Of a stretch of DNA of 64,000 bases, positions 27,645 to 39,444 are shown piece by piece. Source of the DNA: Pirellulales bacterium (GTDB lineage: Bacteria; Planctomycetota; Planctomycetia; Pirellulales; PALSA-1355); contig CAVTBU010000006.1 of assembly GCA_963733035.1 (NCBI GenBank), positions 384,001-448,000 of the forward strand, in the 5' to 3' direction. The notes below the pieces were generated by a model. That model did not search any database, had not been told where the DNA came from, and saw nothing but the letters and a program-made list of their open reading frames with translations. The stretch's first letter is position 1, and each line of letters opens with the position of its first letter. Position numbers and translations under genes: made by a program.

Positions 27645-29057
27645 ATGGCTCGTTTGGCTTTCCATGGCGCCGCGGAAACGGTCACCGGTTCGAAGTATCT
27701 GCTCGAAACGGGACGCTCGCGCGTGTTGGTCGACTGCGGATTGTTTCAGGGGCTTAAAGAATTGCGGCTTCGCAACTGGGAGCGATTGCCGTTCCCTCCG
27801 TCCAGTGTCGACGCCGTTGTCTTGACGCATGCCCATATTGATCACATTGGCTACCTGCCGCGGCTTGTACGAGACGGCTTTCGCGGGCCAGTCTATTCCA
27901 CGCCAGCCACCGAAGCGCTCGCAGAACTGCTGTTACTCGATTCGGCTCACAACCAGGAAGAAGAGGCCGAGTATGCCAACCGGAAGGGCTACTCCAAGCA
28001 CAAACCCGCGCTACCTCTGTACAACGCGCACGACGTCAAGCGGGCGATGATGCGATTTCGCACGGTGCATCGTGACGAGTGGTTTGAGCCGGCAGCGGGC
28101 ATCCGCGTGCGTTACCACGACACCGGCCACTTGCTCGGATCATGCATGATCGAATCAGAAGTCCGCGGAAACGGGTCACCTATTCGCGTCGTGTTTTCCG
28201 GCGATGTCGGACGCTACAGCGCGCCGCTCTATCATGATCCGCAGCCTCCGCCGGAGTGCGACTACCTGGTTTGCGAGAGCACCTACGGCAATCGCGAACA
28301 TCCGCCGCTTGACGTGCTCGATCAACTAACCGACGTGGTTCACGAGGCAAACGCACGAGGTGGAGTGATGTTGATGGCATCGTTCGCCGTCGGTCGCGCC
28401 CAGCAGTTGATTTACCTGTTGCAAGTTCTAATGGACCAGGGACGAATACCCGCCATGCCGATCGTGCTCGACAGCCCCATGGCAGCCGCGGGCATGGAGA
28501 TCTACCGCTACTACGCTTCGGAACACGACCTGTCCGAGGGCTTGGAGGTGCGCCCTGACTTCCAGTTTAGCCTCGACCGCGTCCACGTTACGACTAGCGT
28601 GCAGGAAAGCAAGAACGTCAATCAAATGAAAGGACCTGGCGTCATTATCTCTTCCTCCGGCATGATGACCGGCGGACGAATTCTGCATCACTTGCGAAAT
28701 CGGCTGCCAAAACCGGAAAACACGATCGTGCTGGGGGGCTTCATGGCGGCTGGGACTCGCGGCCGGGCCTTGCAGGAAGGCGCACGCACGATTCGGATAT
28801 TTGGCAGTGACGTACGAGTGCGGGCGGCCATTGTCGAAATCTCACAGCTGAGCGCACATGCCGGGCATTCGGAATTGCGCCGCTGGCTCGAGCCGCTGCC
28901 CGCCCCGAAGCAGGTGTTTCTCACGCACGGCGAAGTAACAAGCGCCACCTCCCTTGCCGAGGAATTGCACCGCGACCGCGGTTGGAACACGCTGGTACCC
29001 AAGATGGGTCAGAGTGTTGAACTGGAATCAAACCCATCAAGCGATCATGAAGAATAA
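27645..29057 (+). CDS. MBL-fold beta-CASP RNA-processing metallohydrolase
   Basis: THAHIDHIG, GHLLGS, FSGDVG, CESTYG, FAVGRAQ, LSAHA, THGE. Confidence 0.92.
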   Translation: MARLAFHGAAETVTGSKYLLETGRSRVLVDCGLFQGLKELRLRNWERLPFPPSSVDAVVLTHAHIDHIGYLPRLVRDGFRGPVYSTPATEALAELLLLDSAHNQEEEAEYANRKGYSKHKPALPLYNAHDVKRAMMRFRTVHRDEWFEPAAGIRVRYHDTGHLLGSCMIESEVRGNGSPIRVVFSGDVGRYSAPLYHDPQPPPECDYLVCESTYGNREHPPLDVLDQLTDVVHEANARGGVMLMASFAVGRAQQLIYLLQVLMDQGRIPAMPIVLDSPMAAAGMEIYRYYASEHDLSEGLEVRPDFQFSLDRVHVTTSVQESKNVNQMKGPGVIISSSGMMTGGRILHHLRNRLPKPENTIVLGGFMAAGTRGRALQEGARTIRIFGSDVRVRAAIVEISQLSAHAGHSELRRWLEPLPAPKQVFLTHGEVTSATSLAEELHRDRGWNTLVPKMGQSVELESNPSSDHEE

Positions 29058-29882
29058 GTCGCGTCCCAGTATCGAGCCGATTATCGAGTCTCCTAGCTAC
29101 CAGCTCGCCGAACGCGATGTCGACCTGCTTGGCGCGGCGAGTTGCGGCCGGTACGGATGCAGCTCGAACTGCTGAAGCCGGAATTGACATTTCAGGAACG
29201 CAGCATCGAATCAACAATCGTTGTCTTTGGCAGCACGCGAATTCTGGATAAGCCGCTATTGGAAGAAAGACGCCGAGTGCTCAGCAGTCGACTGGCGGAC
29301 GACCCGCAAGACTCCATCGCAAAACGTGAACTGTCTCGTACCGATCGGCTGCTGGCCAAGCAGCACTATTACGAGGCCGCCCGCGAATTCGCGCGCATCG
29401 TCTCCAAATGCGCTCAAGACGGTTGCCGCGAGTACGTGATTGTTACCGGCGGAGGTCCTGGCATCATGGAAGCCGCCAATCGTGGCGCCTGGGAAGTGGA
29501 CGCGGTATCGGTCGGGTTGAACATCACGCTTCCCCTCGAGCAGCTGCCGAATCCGTACATTACGCCGGATCTTTGTTTTCAATTCCATTATTTCGCGCTC
29601 CGAAAGATGCACTTTCTGTTGCGAGCCAAGGCGCTGGTCATCTTTCCGGGCGGGTTCGGCACGCTCGACGAAATGTTTGATGCGCTGACGCTACGGCAGA
29701 CTCACCGCATGCAGGATATTCCCGTCATTATTTACGGTCGCGAGTACTGGGATCGCGTCATCGACTTCCAGTTTCTGGCCGACGAGGGGACCATTTCCGA
29801 CGACGACCTGAATTTGATCAGCTACGCGGAAACACCCGAGCAGATTTGGAAGCTCATCGCTGAATTCCACGGCTTCATATGA
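29047..29882 (+). CDS. LOG family (TIGR00730-like) nucleotide phosphoribohydrolase, frameshifted near 29135
   Basis: VVFGS, TGGGPGIMEAANRGA, FHYFALRKMHF, FPGGFGTLDE. N-terminus MKNK..SPSYQLAERD lies in another frame. Confidence 0.88.
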
Positions 29883-30664
29883 CTCCACAAAACATCCCAG
29901 CTACCGATTCAGACAGTCGCGTGGCGCTGGTGACAGGCGGCGGCCGCCGCGTCGGTTTGGGCATCGCCATGGCACTTGCCCAGCGAGGTTATCGACTGGC
30001 ACTGCATGCAAATTCGTCGTTGGCCGCGGCCGCCGCTGCTGCCTCGCAGCTGACCTCGCAAGGTTGCGAGTCGATTGCCGTTGCGGCCGACCTGCGCGAT
30101 CAGCGTGGAACTCGAGACATGGTTGCCCGCGTTCACGATCATTTCGGCCGTATCGACGCGCTGGTGAACAACGCAGCCGTCTGGAGTTCCAAGCCGCTGG
30201 AACAAGTTACGCCCGAAGATGTGCGAGAGAATTTCGAAATCAACACCCTGGGTACGTTCCTTTGTTGCCAACAGGTTGGTCTGATCATGACTTCGCAGCC
30301 TGAGGGTGGTGGCATCGTGAACGTGGGTGATTGGGCGATCGAGCGGCCATACCGCGATCACGCGGCCTACTTCACTGCCAAAGGCGCCATTCCCACGCTC
30401 ACCAGGACTTTTGCCGTCGAACTTGGTTTGCGCAATCCGCGGGTCCGAGTCAACGCCGTGCTGCCGGGACCGGTGTTGATGCCCGCAGGAACGGCGCCGG
30501 CCGAACAACAAGCGATCACTGACGCAACCTTGGTCAAGCGCGAAGGAACTGTCGAAGAATTGGCCCGCGCCGTGGCGTTTCTTCTCGAGAACTCGTTCAT
30601 GACGGGTGTCTGCCTGCCGGTGGACGGGGGCCGGACCATCTACGCCCCAAGCCCGAATGATTGA
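29879..30664 (+). CDS. SDR of pteridine reductase/FolM type
   Basis: TGGGRRVG, LVNNAA, YFTAKG, VNAVLPG, VDGGR. Confidence 0.85.
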   Translation: MTPQNIPATDSDSRVALVTGGGRRVGLGIAMALAQRGYRLALHANSSLAAAAAAASQLTSQGCESIAVAADLRDQRGTRDMVARVHDHFGRIDALVNNAAVWSSKPLEQVTPEDVRENFEINTLGTFLCCQQVGLIMTSQPEGGGIVNVGDWAIERPYRDHAAYFTAKGAIPTLTRTFAVELGLRNPRVRVNAVLPGPVLMPAGTAPAEQQAITDATLVKREGTVEELARAVAFLLENSFMTGVCLPVDGGRTIYAPSPND

Positions 30665-31085
30665 GAGGGATAATTTCCAGGACCACCAATTCGGGTGGGT
30701 CCGTTGATCGACCGGGCGGCTGCTGATAGCTTGATGAACCGGTAGGAGTTCGAGTTTCAGTTCGTACAACCCCACGGCAAGCTCTTCGGGGGCGATGTGC
30801 TGCGGGGTCTGGGTAAAGCCGATTGGATGGCGGCCAGACTGGAAGTCTCGAACGGGTCGTGGCCTTTGTTGGCGGGTGGCCCGGGCAGCAATTCTTGACG
30901 CGAAGCCCTCAGCCACCACGAATCCAATAGTCGGGCTGTTTCGCAATCCATTTTCCCGGGCATTTTCTCGGCCCATCTCGTCGCTGATTCCGCGCGAGTT
31001 CCGGGGACGAGCCGATAACTGCCCTCGAGCAGTCGGGAAAAACGGATGGACGGGTGGAAGAGCCTGCAGCATCAGACGGGGCGGC

Positions 31086-32045
31086 ATGGGACGCAACTCA
31101 AAATGGATCGATAGCAAGCCGGACGACTCGGTCGAAAAGGTCGCGCGGCGAGCATTGGCGGCTCGTCTGGGCCGACTCTGGCACTATCTGGAGTGTTCGA
31201 TTGAGGACGCTTCGGGCGACACGGAAAATGTCCACCAACTACGCGTTTTCACGCGTCGCACGTCATCGGCCATGGAGATCTTTGCCGATTGGATTCCGCA
31301 CCGCCGTGGACGCTGGATCCGGAAGCAACTCAAGCGCGTGCGCAAGGCAGCTGGTGAAGCCCGCGACCTGGACGTGCTGCGTCTTCGTTGGAGTGCCGAG
31401 TTTGAGTCGTTGCCTGACAGTCAATCGGCCCTGCTGCTTGAACAGGTCAAGCGCCGCCGCCGCAAGGCCCAGTGGCCAATCGAGGATGCGTATCACAAGC
31501 TGGCAAGTAAGAATTTTCCCCGTAAGGCCCGCAAGTTTGCCAAGCGAGTCGGTTACCGCGGGGAAGGTGGAACAAATTGTGACGATCGGTTGGAGTGTGT
31601 GGCGTGCGCGGCGCTGAGGCGGTTGCTGGTGCCGTATTTCGCGGCGGCCTCCGCGCCCATGGCCGATGCCGAGGCGTTGCATGCGTTTCGCATTCAGAGT
31701 AAACACATCCGCTATGCGATGGAGATTTTTGCCGGCGCCTTTGAAGATTCGTTCCGCCAACAACTCTACCCGCTAGTGGCCGAACTCCAGGATCAGTTGG
31801 GAAAAATCAACGACCGCGTGACGGCTCAGCGGTATCTAACCGCCTGGCGAAACGAGACAGACGCTCCCGCCGTGCGGCAGGCGCTCGACAAGGGTATTCA
31901 GTTAGAACAACACGCACTCGACGCCAGCCAGCACGAGTTTCTCAACTCATGGACGCCCGAGCGTCGCGAGGCACTTCACCAATGCTTCGCGAAATATGTG
32001 CCGCTCGAAGATTCCCGGCAGCCTTCGGCCGAAGAAAGGGCATAG
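31086..32045 (+). CDS. CHAD-domain (polyphosphate-binding) protein
   Basis: VHQLRVFTRR, GEARDLDV, LHAFRIQSKHIRY, LQDQLGKIND. Confidence 0.9.
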   Translation: MGRNSKWIDSKPDDSVEKVARRALAARLGRLWHYLECSIEDASGDTENVHQLRVFTRRTSSAMEIFADWIPHRRGRWIRKQLKRVRKAAGEARDLDVLRLRWSAEFESLPDSQSALLLEQVKRRRRKAQWPIEDAYHKLASKNFPRKARKFAKRVGYRGEGGTNCDDRLECVACAALRRLLVPYFAAASAPMADAEALHAFRIQSKHIRYAMEIFAGAFEDSFRQQLYPLVAELQDQLGKINDRVTAQRYLTAWRNETDAPAVRQALDKGIQLEQHALDASQHEFLNSWTPERREALHQCFAKYVPLEDSRQPSAEERA

Positions 32046-32104
32046 CATTCGGGCTGTTCCCAGTCTCACGTTGCCGAACAAGGATTTTCGGGAGTGGCCC
32101 TGCG

Positions 32105-32539
32105 TTACCTGTGTACGATCGGTGAACTTACCGCCTGGATAAAACGGCCGCCGCTATCGTACCAGCCATACCGCGTGAAACGGCACCAGGTGATATCGAT
32201 CAGAAAAGCCACCCAACGGAGGTCCGAGGTTTCCAACGAGGCGATCATCCTCCGATGGCAAATCGGCTGTTGGTAGTAGAATCCGACTCCCCGTTCCGAC
32301 AGCGTCTTGCCGACCACGGCAACGCTCTCGCCGCTGGGCGTAACGCCGTCCTCCCCGACCGGTGTCAAGTACAACAGGTGCGGGTAAGGAAATCGTTGGT
32401 CCGTGCGACGCTCCACGACACGGCCCTGCGGGTAGATGCCGACCAGCACTCCCCACACCTGCTGACGGATGATTTCATCAGTCTGCGGGTTCGGTTCAAG
32501 AACGGTCTGAACGTGTGGAAAGCAAACGCCTGCGCTCAT
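32105..32539 (-). CDS. PilZ-like domain protein
   Basis: ERRTDQRFPY (RxxxR), TLSERGVG, and ITWCR...YDSGGRF. Confidence 0.65.
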   Translation of the reverse strand: MSAGVCFPHVQTVLEPNPQTDEIIRQQVWGVLVGIYPQGRVVERRTDQRFPYPHLLYLTPVGEDGVTPSGESVAVVGKTLSERGVGFYYQQPICHRRMIASLETSDLRWVAFLIDITWCRFTRYGWYDSGGRFIQAVSSPIVHR

Positions 32540-32714
32540 GAAGTGGATCCGCCTTGTGAAACGAACACCGGTCCGCGGCGTTTCGACCGACACCAGAAAC
32601 GCGCTTGATGCGGAGATTTCTGCTATGGAAGAGCGCACCCGAAAGGCCGAAACGATTCCGAGTGGATGATTTGCTAGCACTAGGCCGGAACCGGCCGTAC
32701 GTGACGCCCCGCGC

Positions 32715-32776
32715 TACGTCGCCGCATGCACGGCGCTGGTAGCCATACGTCGCCGCATGCACGGCGCTGGTAGCCA
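32715..32776. repeat. Perfect head-to-tail 31-bp tandem duplication
   Basis: TACGTCGCCGCATGCACGGCGCTGGTAGCCA at 32715-32745 and 32746-32776. Confidence 0.95.
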
Positions 32777-32863
32777 ATAGTTACTTAGGTCAGAATTGTC
32801 AGGCTGTCAAAATCATTGTTCGAGGACACCGTTTCTCCCGAGCGAAATGCAGCTTTAGTCGGC

Positions 32864-33685
32864 TCAGTTAGCCACCATCGAGGTTCTCGATTTGCTCGCC
32901 GCCTGATCGATTGCCCAATAGATCAGGCGGCTGTGGGTTCCAGCGGAGGCCATATCGTCGGTAGCCAGTTGTTTTCGTACGGCTGCCAGATTCTCCCATG
33001 CGGGGCGGCAGGCTGGATCGAAGGAGATCGCCTGAAGATTGGACCATGCCGCTTCGGCCAGACGATTCTGGTAGATTCGGGTCACGCCGCGGTTGAAATG
33101 CAATACCGCCAATAGTTGACGATCTGACAGGGCTCGACCATCCTGAACCCGCTGGCGATGGGCGGCCATCGCGGCCGAAACCTGAGTGGTCGGCACGTCG
33201 CGGTACTTGGCCGCGATCTTGAACCAATTGCGGCAGGTCGTCTCGACGTCGATCGGCGTGCCCGACGGGTCTTCAACGCGGCACCAGACGTGTCCCCGCG
33301 TCGCCATCGCCGTGGCCGGCAGTCCGCAGCGGTCGCACAACATGCAAAGCACGATCGTGGCGGCCACACAATTGAACGGGCCTCCGAGAATTGCCTCGCC
33401 CACATTGCTGGCGCTGGCCAGGTAGTTGCCTCGAAGTACTCGTTGATGCAGGAACTCGTGCAATTCTCGCGCGCACGGGCTTTGGCTTCGCGAAAACGAG
33501 TGAAGCGATTTAAACTCCGCAGCCAACTGGTCAATTGCCGCCCGGCAATGGTTCACGCGGTCGGCCGGCACTCCGCTGGCTTCCAACAGGGCGTGTTCCG
33601 CCAACGAAGTGCCAAACGCGGCACATGGCCAAAACGCTGCTGCGAACAGGACGACTGCGAGATGGACAAGTGGCTTGGTCATCAC
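32864..33685 (-). CDS. Secreted transglutaminase-like/SirB1-type protein with TPR-like C-terminus
   Basis: Signal peptide. FNCVAAT (Cys), GHVWCRV (His), DVETT. Helical C-terminal repeat. Confidence 0.7.
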   Translation of the reverse strand: MMTKPLVHLAVVLFAAAFWPCAAFGTSLAEHALLEASGVPADRVNHCRAAIDQLAAEFKSLHSFSRSQSPCARELHEFLHQRVLRGNYLASASNVGEAILGGPFNCVAATIVLCMLCDRCGLPATAMATRGHVWCRVEDPSGTPIDVETTCRNWFKIAAKYRDVPTTQVSAAMAAHRQRVQDGRALSDRQLLAVLHFNRGVTRIYQNRLAEAAWSNLQAISFDPACRPAWENLAAVRKQLATDDMASAGTHSRLIYWAIDQAASKSRTSMVAN

Positions 33686-33775
33686 GATGTGTTGGCCAGG
33701 TGGGAGCGGCGAACCATAACCAAATCTAGGTTATGGCACTTCGCTCGCGTGGTCCGACAATAGCGGTCGTGACGA

Positions 33776-34542
33776 CTATTTGGGTGCCATCCGAAGTGCG
33801 CCGTCGAGCCGGATCGTGGTGCCGTTGAGCATCGGGTTCTCAACAATGTCGCGCGCAGCGCGGCGTATTCCGACGCCTTGCCCAGCCGCGCCGGAAAAGG
33901 TACGGCAGCCGACAGGGCCTGTTGCATTTCCGGCGTCATGCCGGCCATCATCGGCGTTTCGAACACGCCCGGTGCGATCGTCATCACGCGAATGCCGAAG
34001 CGGGCCAACTCGCGGGCGATGGGGAGCGTCATGGACACCACGCCCCCCTTCGACGCGGAATAGGCGGCTTGGCCGATTTGGCCGTCGAAGGCCGCGACCG
34101 ACGCAGTGTTGATGATCACGCCGCGCTCGAGCTCTTCGTTCGGTGCGTTGCCGCTCATGGCCGTGGCGGCCAGACGAATCACGTTGAACGTGCCGATCAG
34201 ATTCACCTGAATCGTGCGGCTGAAGGCTTTCAAATCGTGGGGACCTTCCTTGCCGACGACGCGTCCAGCCGAGGCGATGCCGGCGCAGTTGACGACTACC
34301 TGTACGCCGCCGAACTGTTGCTTTGCGGCTTCGAGGGCGTTCTGCACGCTTGCCTCGTCGGTCACGTCCGTGAGGATGAATTTGGCCCGGCTGCCCAAGT
34401 CGGCCGCCAGTTTCTGGCTGACATGTTCCTGCACGTCGGCGATCAGCACGTTGCCGCCATTCTCTGCAAACAACCGCGCACATGCCGCCCCCAACCCCGA
34501 TCCGCCGCCAGTGATAAAGAACGTGCTGCCTTCGACTTTCAT
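33776..34542 (-). CDS. 3-hydroxyacyl-CoA dehydrogenase type II (HSD10-like SDR), frameshifted near 33855
   Basis: [32 protein letters not shown]-terminus [20 protein letters not shown] lies in another frame. Confidence 0.9.
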
Positions 34543-34666
34543 AGTAGAACCGCCGTTTCCCACGAAGTGCGTGAAAGAATCTGCCACCGAGTAGCCGCGC
34601 CGCCGTGACGGTAGGTCATGTTCGCCGCGTGGAAAACAAGGTACGACTCGTCGTTCGAGGCGTCAA

Positions 34667-36061
34667 CTATTGGGCGGCAGCGCTTCCGGTGGGCGACGCG
34701 TTGGGCGCCTCGGTCTGAATCACGTCTACCGCCTGGCGTTCCTGCAGGTTCGTTTCCGGAGCCAGGATGACGAGCTCGTTTTCAGAAAGTCCGCTGGTGA
34801 TTTGCGCGGCCAAGTCGTTGCTCAGCCCGACTTTCACCGTCTGCAAGTGGGCTTTGCCGCTGCGAATGACGAAAACTTTCCAGTCGTTTTTCGAACCGCG
34901 GAAGAGCGCGGAGCGCGGGATGACCAACCCGTCGCTGGCTTCGGCGGTGAAAATGCGTACGCGTACGCGGTAGTGCACGCCGATGTCGTTTTGCTTGCGT
35001 AGCCTCTCGAGGTCGCGGTCGGTAAACTTCATGATCACTTTCACGCGCTGCTGCTCGACGCCCAGCGAGCTGGTCTTGGTAAAGCCGGCGGGAAAGATTC
35101 GTGTCACCTCGGCCTTGGCCGGAGTCTTGCCGATCGTCGGACCGAAGACATCGACGTGCTGGCCCGGCTTGACGCGAACCACGTCCTGGCTGAGCACGTC
35201 GGCTTCGATTTCCAGATCGTCCCAGCGGCCAATGCGCAGCAGAACCGTGCCGGCAGTGACGGGACGTTCATTGCTAATCTCGCGTTCCAACACCACGCCG
35301 TCAACAGGACTGGCCATTGTGCCGAGTTTGGCATTCTTTTCGACTTCGCGCATATGCACTTCGGCCTCGGCCAGTTGCTGAGCAAGCACGTTATGCGCAA
35401 GTGCCTTGCGCTGGATGTATTGCCGGACCATCGTGGGCAGCAGCGCCATCGCCGCGCGGATCGCTTCGGCCGATCGCAAGACCAGGTTGTCTTGCTGATA
35501 CTCCACGCCGGCTTCGACCTGCGCTACCTCGGCCATGTCGACTTCTTCTTCCGTTTGTGCGCCGGTTTGACGCAGCCGCTGCGCACGGCCCAGCCGCTTT
35601 TCGGCGTATTCGAGCTTGGCTTGGCCGCTCTTTACTCTGGCGGCCGCCGCTTCGACCGTACGATCCATGGCGTCCACCATGCTAATCGACTGCTGCAGTG
35701 CCGTATTTTCGACCGAGGTATCGTCATTTTCCTTGATCGAGGCTTTTAGCCGATCGACGACGGCCTTGGCTTCGGCCAACTGTAATTCGATGTCAACCGG
35801 CGCAATGCGGGCCACGACCTGTCCCTTCTTCACCGGAGTGCCTTCGATCAGGCTGATCGCATCGACGCGGCCGTCGTAGGGCATCGTGATCAGGTAGGTC
35901 TCGGAGAGCCGGGTTTTGCCTTCCTCGTCAATGTATTCGCGAATCGCGCCGCGCGCCGCTGGAGCCGCTTCGACCGGCACGCCGGAAGTGAACGACGTGA
36001 AACCAAGCGCGGCAGCCGCCGCGATTGCCACGCCGATGGCCAGCAAAATCCAGGTTCGCAT
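34667..36061 (-). CDS. Efflux membrane-fusion (periplasmic adaptor) protein
   Basis: N-terminal anchor, long coiled coil, SPVDGVVL, FTKTSSLGVEQQRVKV. Confidence 0.9.
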   Translation of the reverse strand: MRTWILLAIGVAIAAAAALGFTSFTSGVPVEAAPAARGAIREYIDEEGKTRLSETYLITMPYDGRVDAISLIEGTPVKKGQVVARIAPVDIELQLAEAKAVVDRLKASIKENDDTSVENTALQQSISMVDAMDRTVEAAAARVKSGQAKLEYAEKRLGRAQRLRQTGAQTEEEVDMAEVAQVEAGVEYQQDNLVLRSAEAIRAAMALLPTMVRQYIQRKALAHNVLAQQLAEAEVHMREVEKNAKLGTMASPVDGVVLEREISNERPVTAGTVLLRIGRWDDLEIEADVLSQDVVRVKPGQHVDVFGPTIGKTPAKAEVTRIFPAGFTKTSSLGVEQQRVKVIMKFTDRDLERLRKQNDIGVHYRVRVRIFTAEASDGLVIPRSALFRGSKNDWKVFVIRSGKAHLQTVKVGLSNDLAAQITSGLSENELVILAPETNLQERQAVDVIQTEAPNASPTGSAAAQ

Positions 36062-36152
36062 AACAAACTCCCTACTACAGCTCCTTGAATCCTAGCCCGC
36101 GGCGGCGGTCCGGGGAATCCGTCCGCTGGCGTCAAACTAGCGTCTAGTGCAC

Positions 36153-38530
36153 TTACTCCATCGTTTTCGAGGCGTCCAGCCAATCCAAATGATTGATCGT
36201 GCGCTGCACGAAGGCATGCGCCACCAGCGCAAACACGACGGCCATAGTCACCGTGCCGTACCAGACCCAGGGGGGCGAGGTGACCGGAAAACGAAACATT
36301 TCGGTGTCGTACACGCGCGACAGAATCCAGGCGAGCGAGTACCCCAGCGGCAAGCCCAGCAAGGTGCCCAGCGAGTTGATCACCATACTTTCGCGCAGAA
36401 ACAGGTAGCCGACCTGCCATTCGTTGTAGCCCAGCACGCGCAGAGTCGCGACTTCGCGGCGGCGTTCGGCCAGGCCGACCAGCGACGAGTTGAGCAGACT
36501 GCTGAAGAAGATCACGCCGGCGAACAGCACCACAAAGCCGATAAAGATCCGCTGCGTTTCGACGATGAATTCCATATTGCGAATCACGTCCGCTCGAATA
36601 TTTACCGCCTGGATCGCCGGCAGCCGCTTCAATTCGCGATACAGCGAGTCGCGAGCCCCGCTGCTCGGGTCGACTGCCAACTGTACGCCCGAGACGGCAA
36701 ACTCCTCGCCCATCAGTCGACTGAGGTAGTCGATGTCTGCGTAGACCGCGAGTCCGATGTAGCTGTCGGAAAGTTCCGTCACGGGCACCTGCAATTCCTC
36801 ACGGCGCCCACGGGTTGGCAAGATGGTGACCAGATCGCCGCGTTTGAGTTCCAACAGTCTGGCCAATTTGCTGCTCATTGCGAGCCCCAAGCTCGGGATG
36901 CGAATCGGTTGGCCGTCGACATCTCGAGGAATTGTCAGGCGGCTGTGCGGCAACATGCCGGAGATCGCGCCCGGCGACGGTTTGGCCCGTTGATGAACGT
37001 GCAGCTGACGTTGAATTGGGGTTCCGCAAACTCGACGCCTGGCAGCTCCGCGGCTTCGAGCAGAGCGGACCGCCCCAGTTCGTCTTTAAACTGCAGGTCG
37101 ATGTCGCTCCGCGTTACCAGTTCGAATTGGAAATTGATCAGGTAGGCGACCGCGCTAGTCAGCACGAAGCCGCACATCAACAGACCCGCTCCCATGGCCG
37201 TGGAAAAAATGCCGACCGCGGTCCGCAGGCGATGGCGAAACACGTTTCGCAGCACCAGTCGCCAACCGAAACTTAGATGGCTCCACAACCGCGGGAACGC
37301 CTCCAGCCAGATCGCCCCGCCGCGCACTGGCGGCTTGGGACGCATCGCCTCGGCCGGGTTTAAACGCAGCGCAGCGCGGGCCGCCTGCAGCGAGCCGATC
37401 AAGGCGCATGCCAGGGCCACGCCTATGCCCCCGACATAAGTGCCCAGATAGACTCGATTTTCTAAGTCCGGAAACTCATAGAACATCTTGTAGATGTTGG
37501 TCACCAGAATCGACATCCCGTAGCCCAGTCCCAGCCCAATGGCGCCAGCGAACAACCCGACCGCCAGTGCGAATCGCGTGTAGTGGGTGAAGATCTGAAA
37601 GTCAAAATAGCCGAGCGCCTTGAGCGTGCCGATGATGGTCCGCTGTTGATCGATGAGTCGCACCATCAGGACGTTGAGCACCAGTGCCGCCACGGCGAGA
37701 AAGATGGCCGGCATGATCTGCGAGAATACGCCCAATCCGCGGATCTCATCGCTAAGAAACTGATTCGAGGTCTGCGTTTTCAGGCCGTAGCTGGTGGCCA
37801 CACCGTACGGTTCGAGCAGCGCTTCCATCCGCCTCAGGATCTCGGTCGGCTGATTCTTGTGTGCCGGATCGAGTTGTCCGACGATCTGGTTCGTGGCGCC
37901 GTCGAAGTCAAACACGTCTTCGGCGTAAGACCGCTTGATATAGAATACGCCGAAGTGCTCGGGGTCGGGGGCAATCGAGCCGGGTGACACCAAATAGACG
38001 AACTCGCTGCTAATGGCTGTCCCCACCACATGCAGTTCCTGCCGACGATTGTTGAGCAGCAAATGAATCTTCTGCCCCGGATGAATGTTGTGCCTCCGCG
38101 CGAAGGCCGAATTGACAATCACCTCTTCCAGATTGCGGTCGGTGAAATAACCGCCGCTTTGCATGACGATGTCGTTGATGATCGGCTGCCGCTCGTCGGG
38201 AAGCGACATCACTAGACCATTGAGCGGCACGGGCACTCGCTCCAGATCGACCGTGGCGAAGAATTGAATTCGCGGGCGAATGGCCGTCACGCCCGGCACA
38301 TCGAGCAGCCGATCGGCCTCCGACAGCGGGGCCTTCTTGACCTCGATCCAGAAGTCGGCCATCCGGCACTGGTTGTAGTAGCGAAACTTGGCCAGGCTAA
38401 GGTTGTAGTAGGCCGAGCGCATGTAGACGAAACACATCACCCCAACGGCAATGATGCTCGCAATCGCCAGCAGCGTCAGCCCGGACGTGCGAACCTCGCG
38501 CAAAAGTTTGCGGTCGAGCACGCCTACCAC
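36153..38530 (-). CDS. MacB/FtsX-type ABC exporter permease, frameshifted near 36965
   Basis: LDRKLLRE, VGTAISSEFVY, IGTLKALGY, ERRREVATLRVLGY across two ORFs. Confidence 0.88.
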
Positions 38531-39252
38531 GTGATCTCCTCCGGCGGCTGGGGATGCGGGTTTTCATGCATCTCGTGTATCTCGCCCGAGCGCAACTTGA
38601 TCACGCGGTCGGCCGTCGGCGCAATAGCTGCATTGTGCGTAATGATCAGGATCGTCTTGCCCAACGTATCCTTCAGATCCACGAGCAGCCGCAATACGTG
38701 CTTGCCGGTCTCGTAATCGAGCGCGCCGGTCGGCTCGTCACACAATAGAACATCGGGATTCTTGGCCAGCGCCCGGGCAATGGCCACACGCTGCTGTTCG
38801 CCTCCGGAAAGTTGCGACGGAAAATGGTCTACGCGATGCTCGAGTCCGACGAGTTCGAGCGTCTTGTCGACGTCCATCGGCTTCTTGCTGATCTCGGTGG
38901 CCACCAGCACGTTTTCGAGTGCTGTGAGGTTCGGCACGAGGTTATAGAACTGAAAGACGAAACCGACACTCTCGCGTCGGTAGCGGGTCAGGTCGCGCGG
39001 CGAGGCCTTGGTCAGGTCTTGATTTCTGTACCACAGCTTGCCGACCGTGGGAGAATCCAGACCGCCCATGATGTTCAGCAGCGTGGTCTTGCCGGAGCCG
39101 CTCGGGCCGACCATCACCAGTAGTTCGCCGCGGCGGACGTTGAAACTGATGTCGCGCAGCACCTCGACCGAGACTTCGCCCATCTGAAACGTCTTGCCGA
39201 CGCCTTCCAGCCGCATCAGCGGCCCTGTCTCCGGATCCGGGGTGTCAATCAT
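38524..39252 (-). CDS. ABC transporter ATP-binding protein (LolD/MacB-like)
   Basis: [35 protein letters not shown]. Confidence 0.95.
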   Translation of the reverse strand: MIDTPDPETGPLMRLEGVGKTFQMGEVSVEVLRDISFNVRRGELLVMVGPSGSGKTTLLNIMGGLDSPTVGKLWYRNQDLTKASPRDLTRYRRESVGFVFQFYNLVPNLTALENVLVATEISKKPMDVDKTLELVGLEHRVDHFPSQLSGGEQQRVAIARALAKNPDVLLCDEPTGALDYETGKHVLRLLVDLKDTLGKTILIITHNAAIAPTADRVIKLRSGEIHEMHENPHPQPPEEITW

Positions 39253-39444
39253 GGGGCGAGTGTGTGGCTCGTCTTGAGCGGGTCGAGGGGATTAGGCGAC
39301 GTTGCGACTACTCGTCAATGGTACCTCAAGGGAAGCGCGATGACTGGGGGGTGGTTCGCAAAGGCCGGCCGCATTTGCCGCAAAAAGCTTGCACCCTTGG
39401 AGACTCAGTGTCGGTAATCTGTCTGCTTTTCACCGGTACTTCGC

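Noticed and set aside
29909..31117. 402-aa minus-strand ORF spanning the 30665-31085 gap
   Set aside because: Mostly antisense to the SDR gene with no recognisable motif. A small gene in the gap cannot be excluded but is unsupported.
32715..32776. CRISPR-like repeat of 31 bp
   Set aside because: Only two copies, no spacer, no cas genes.
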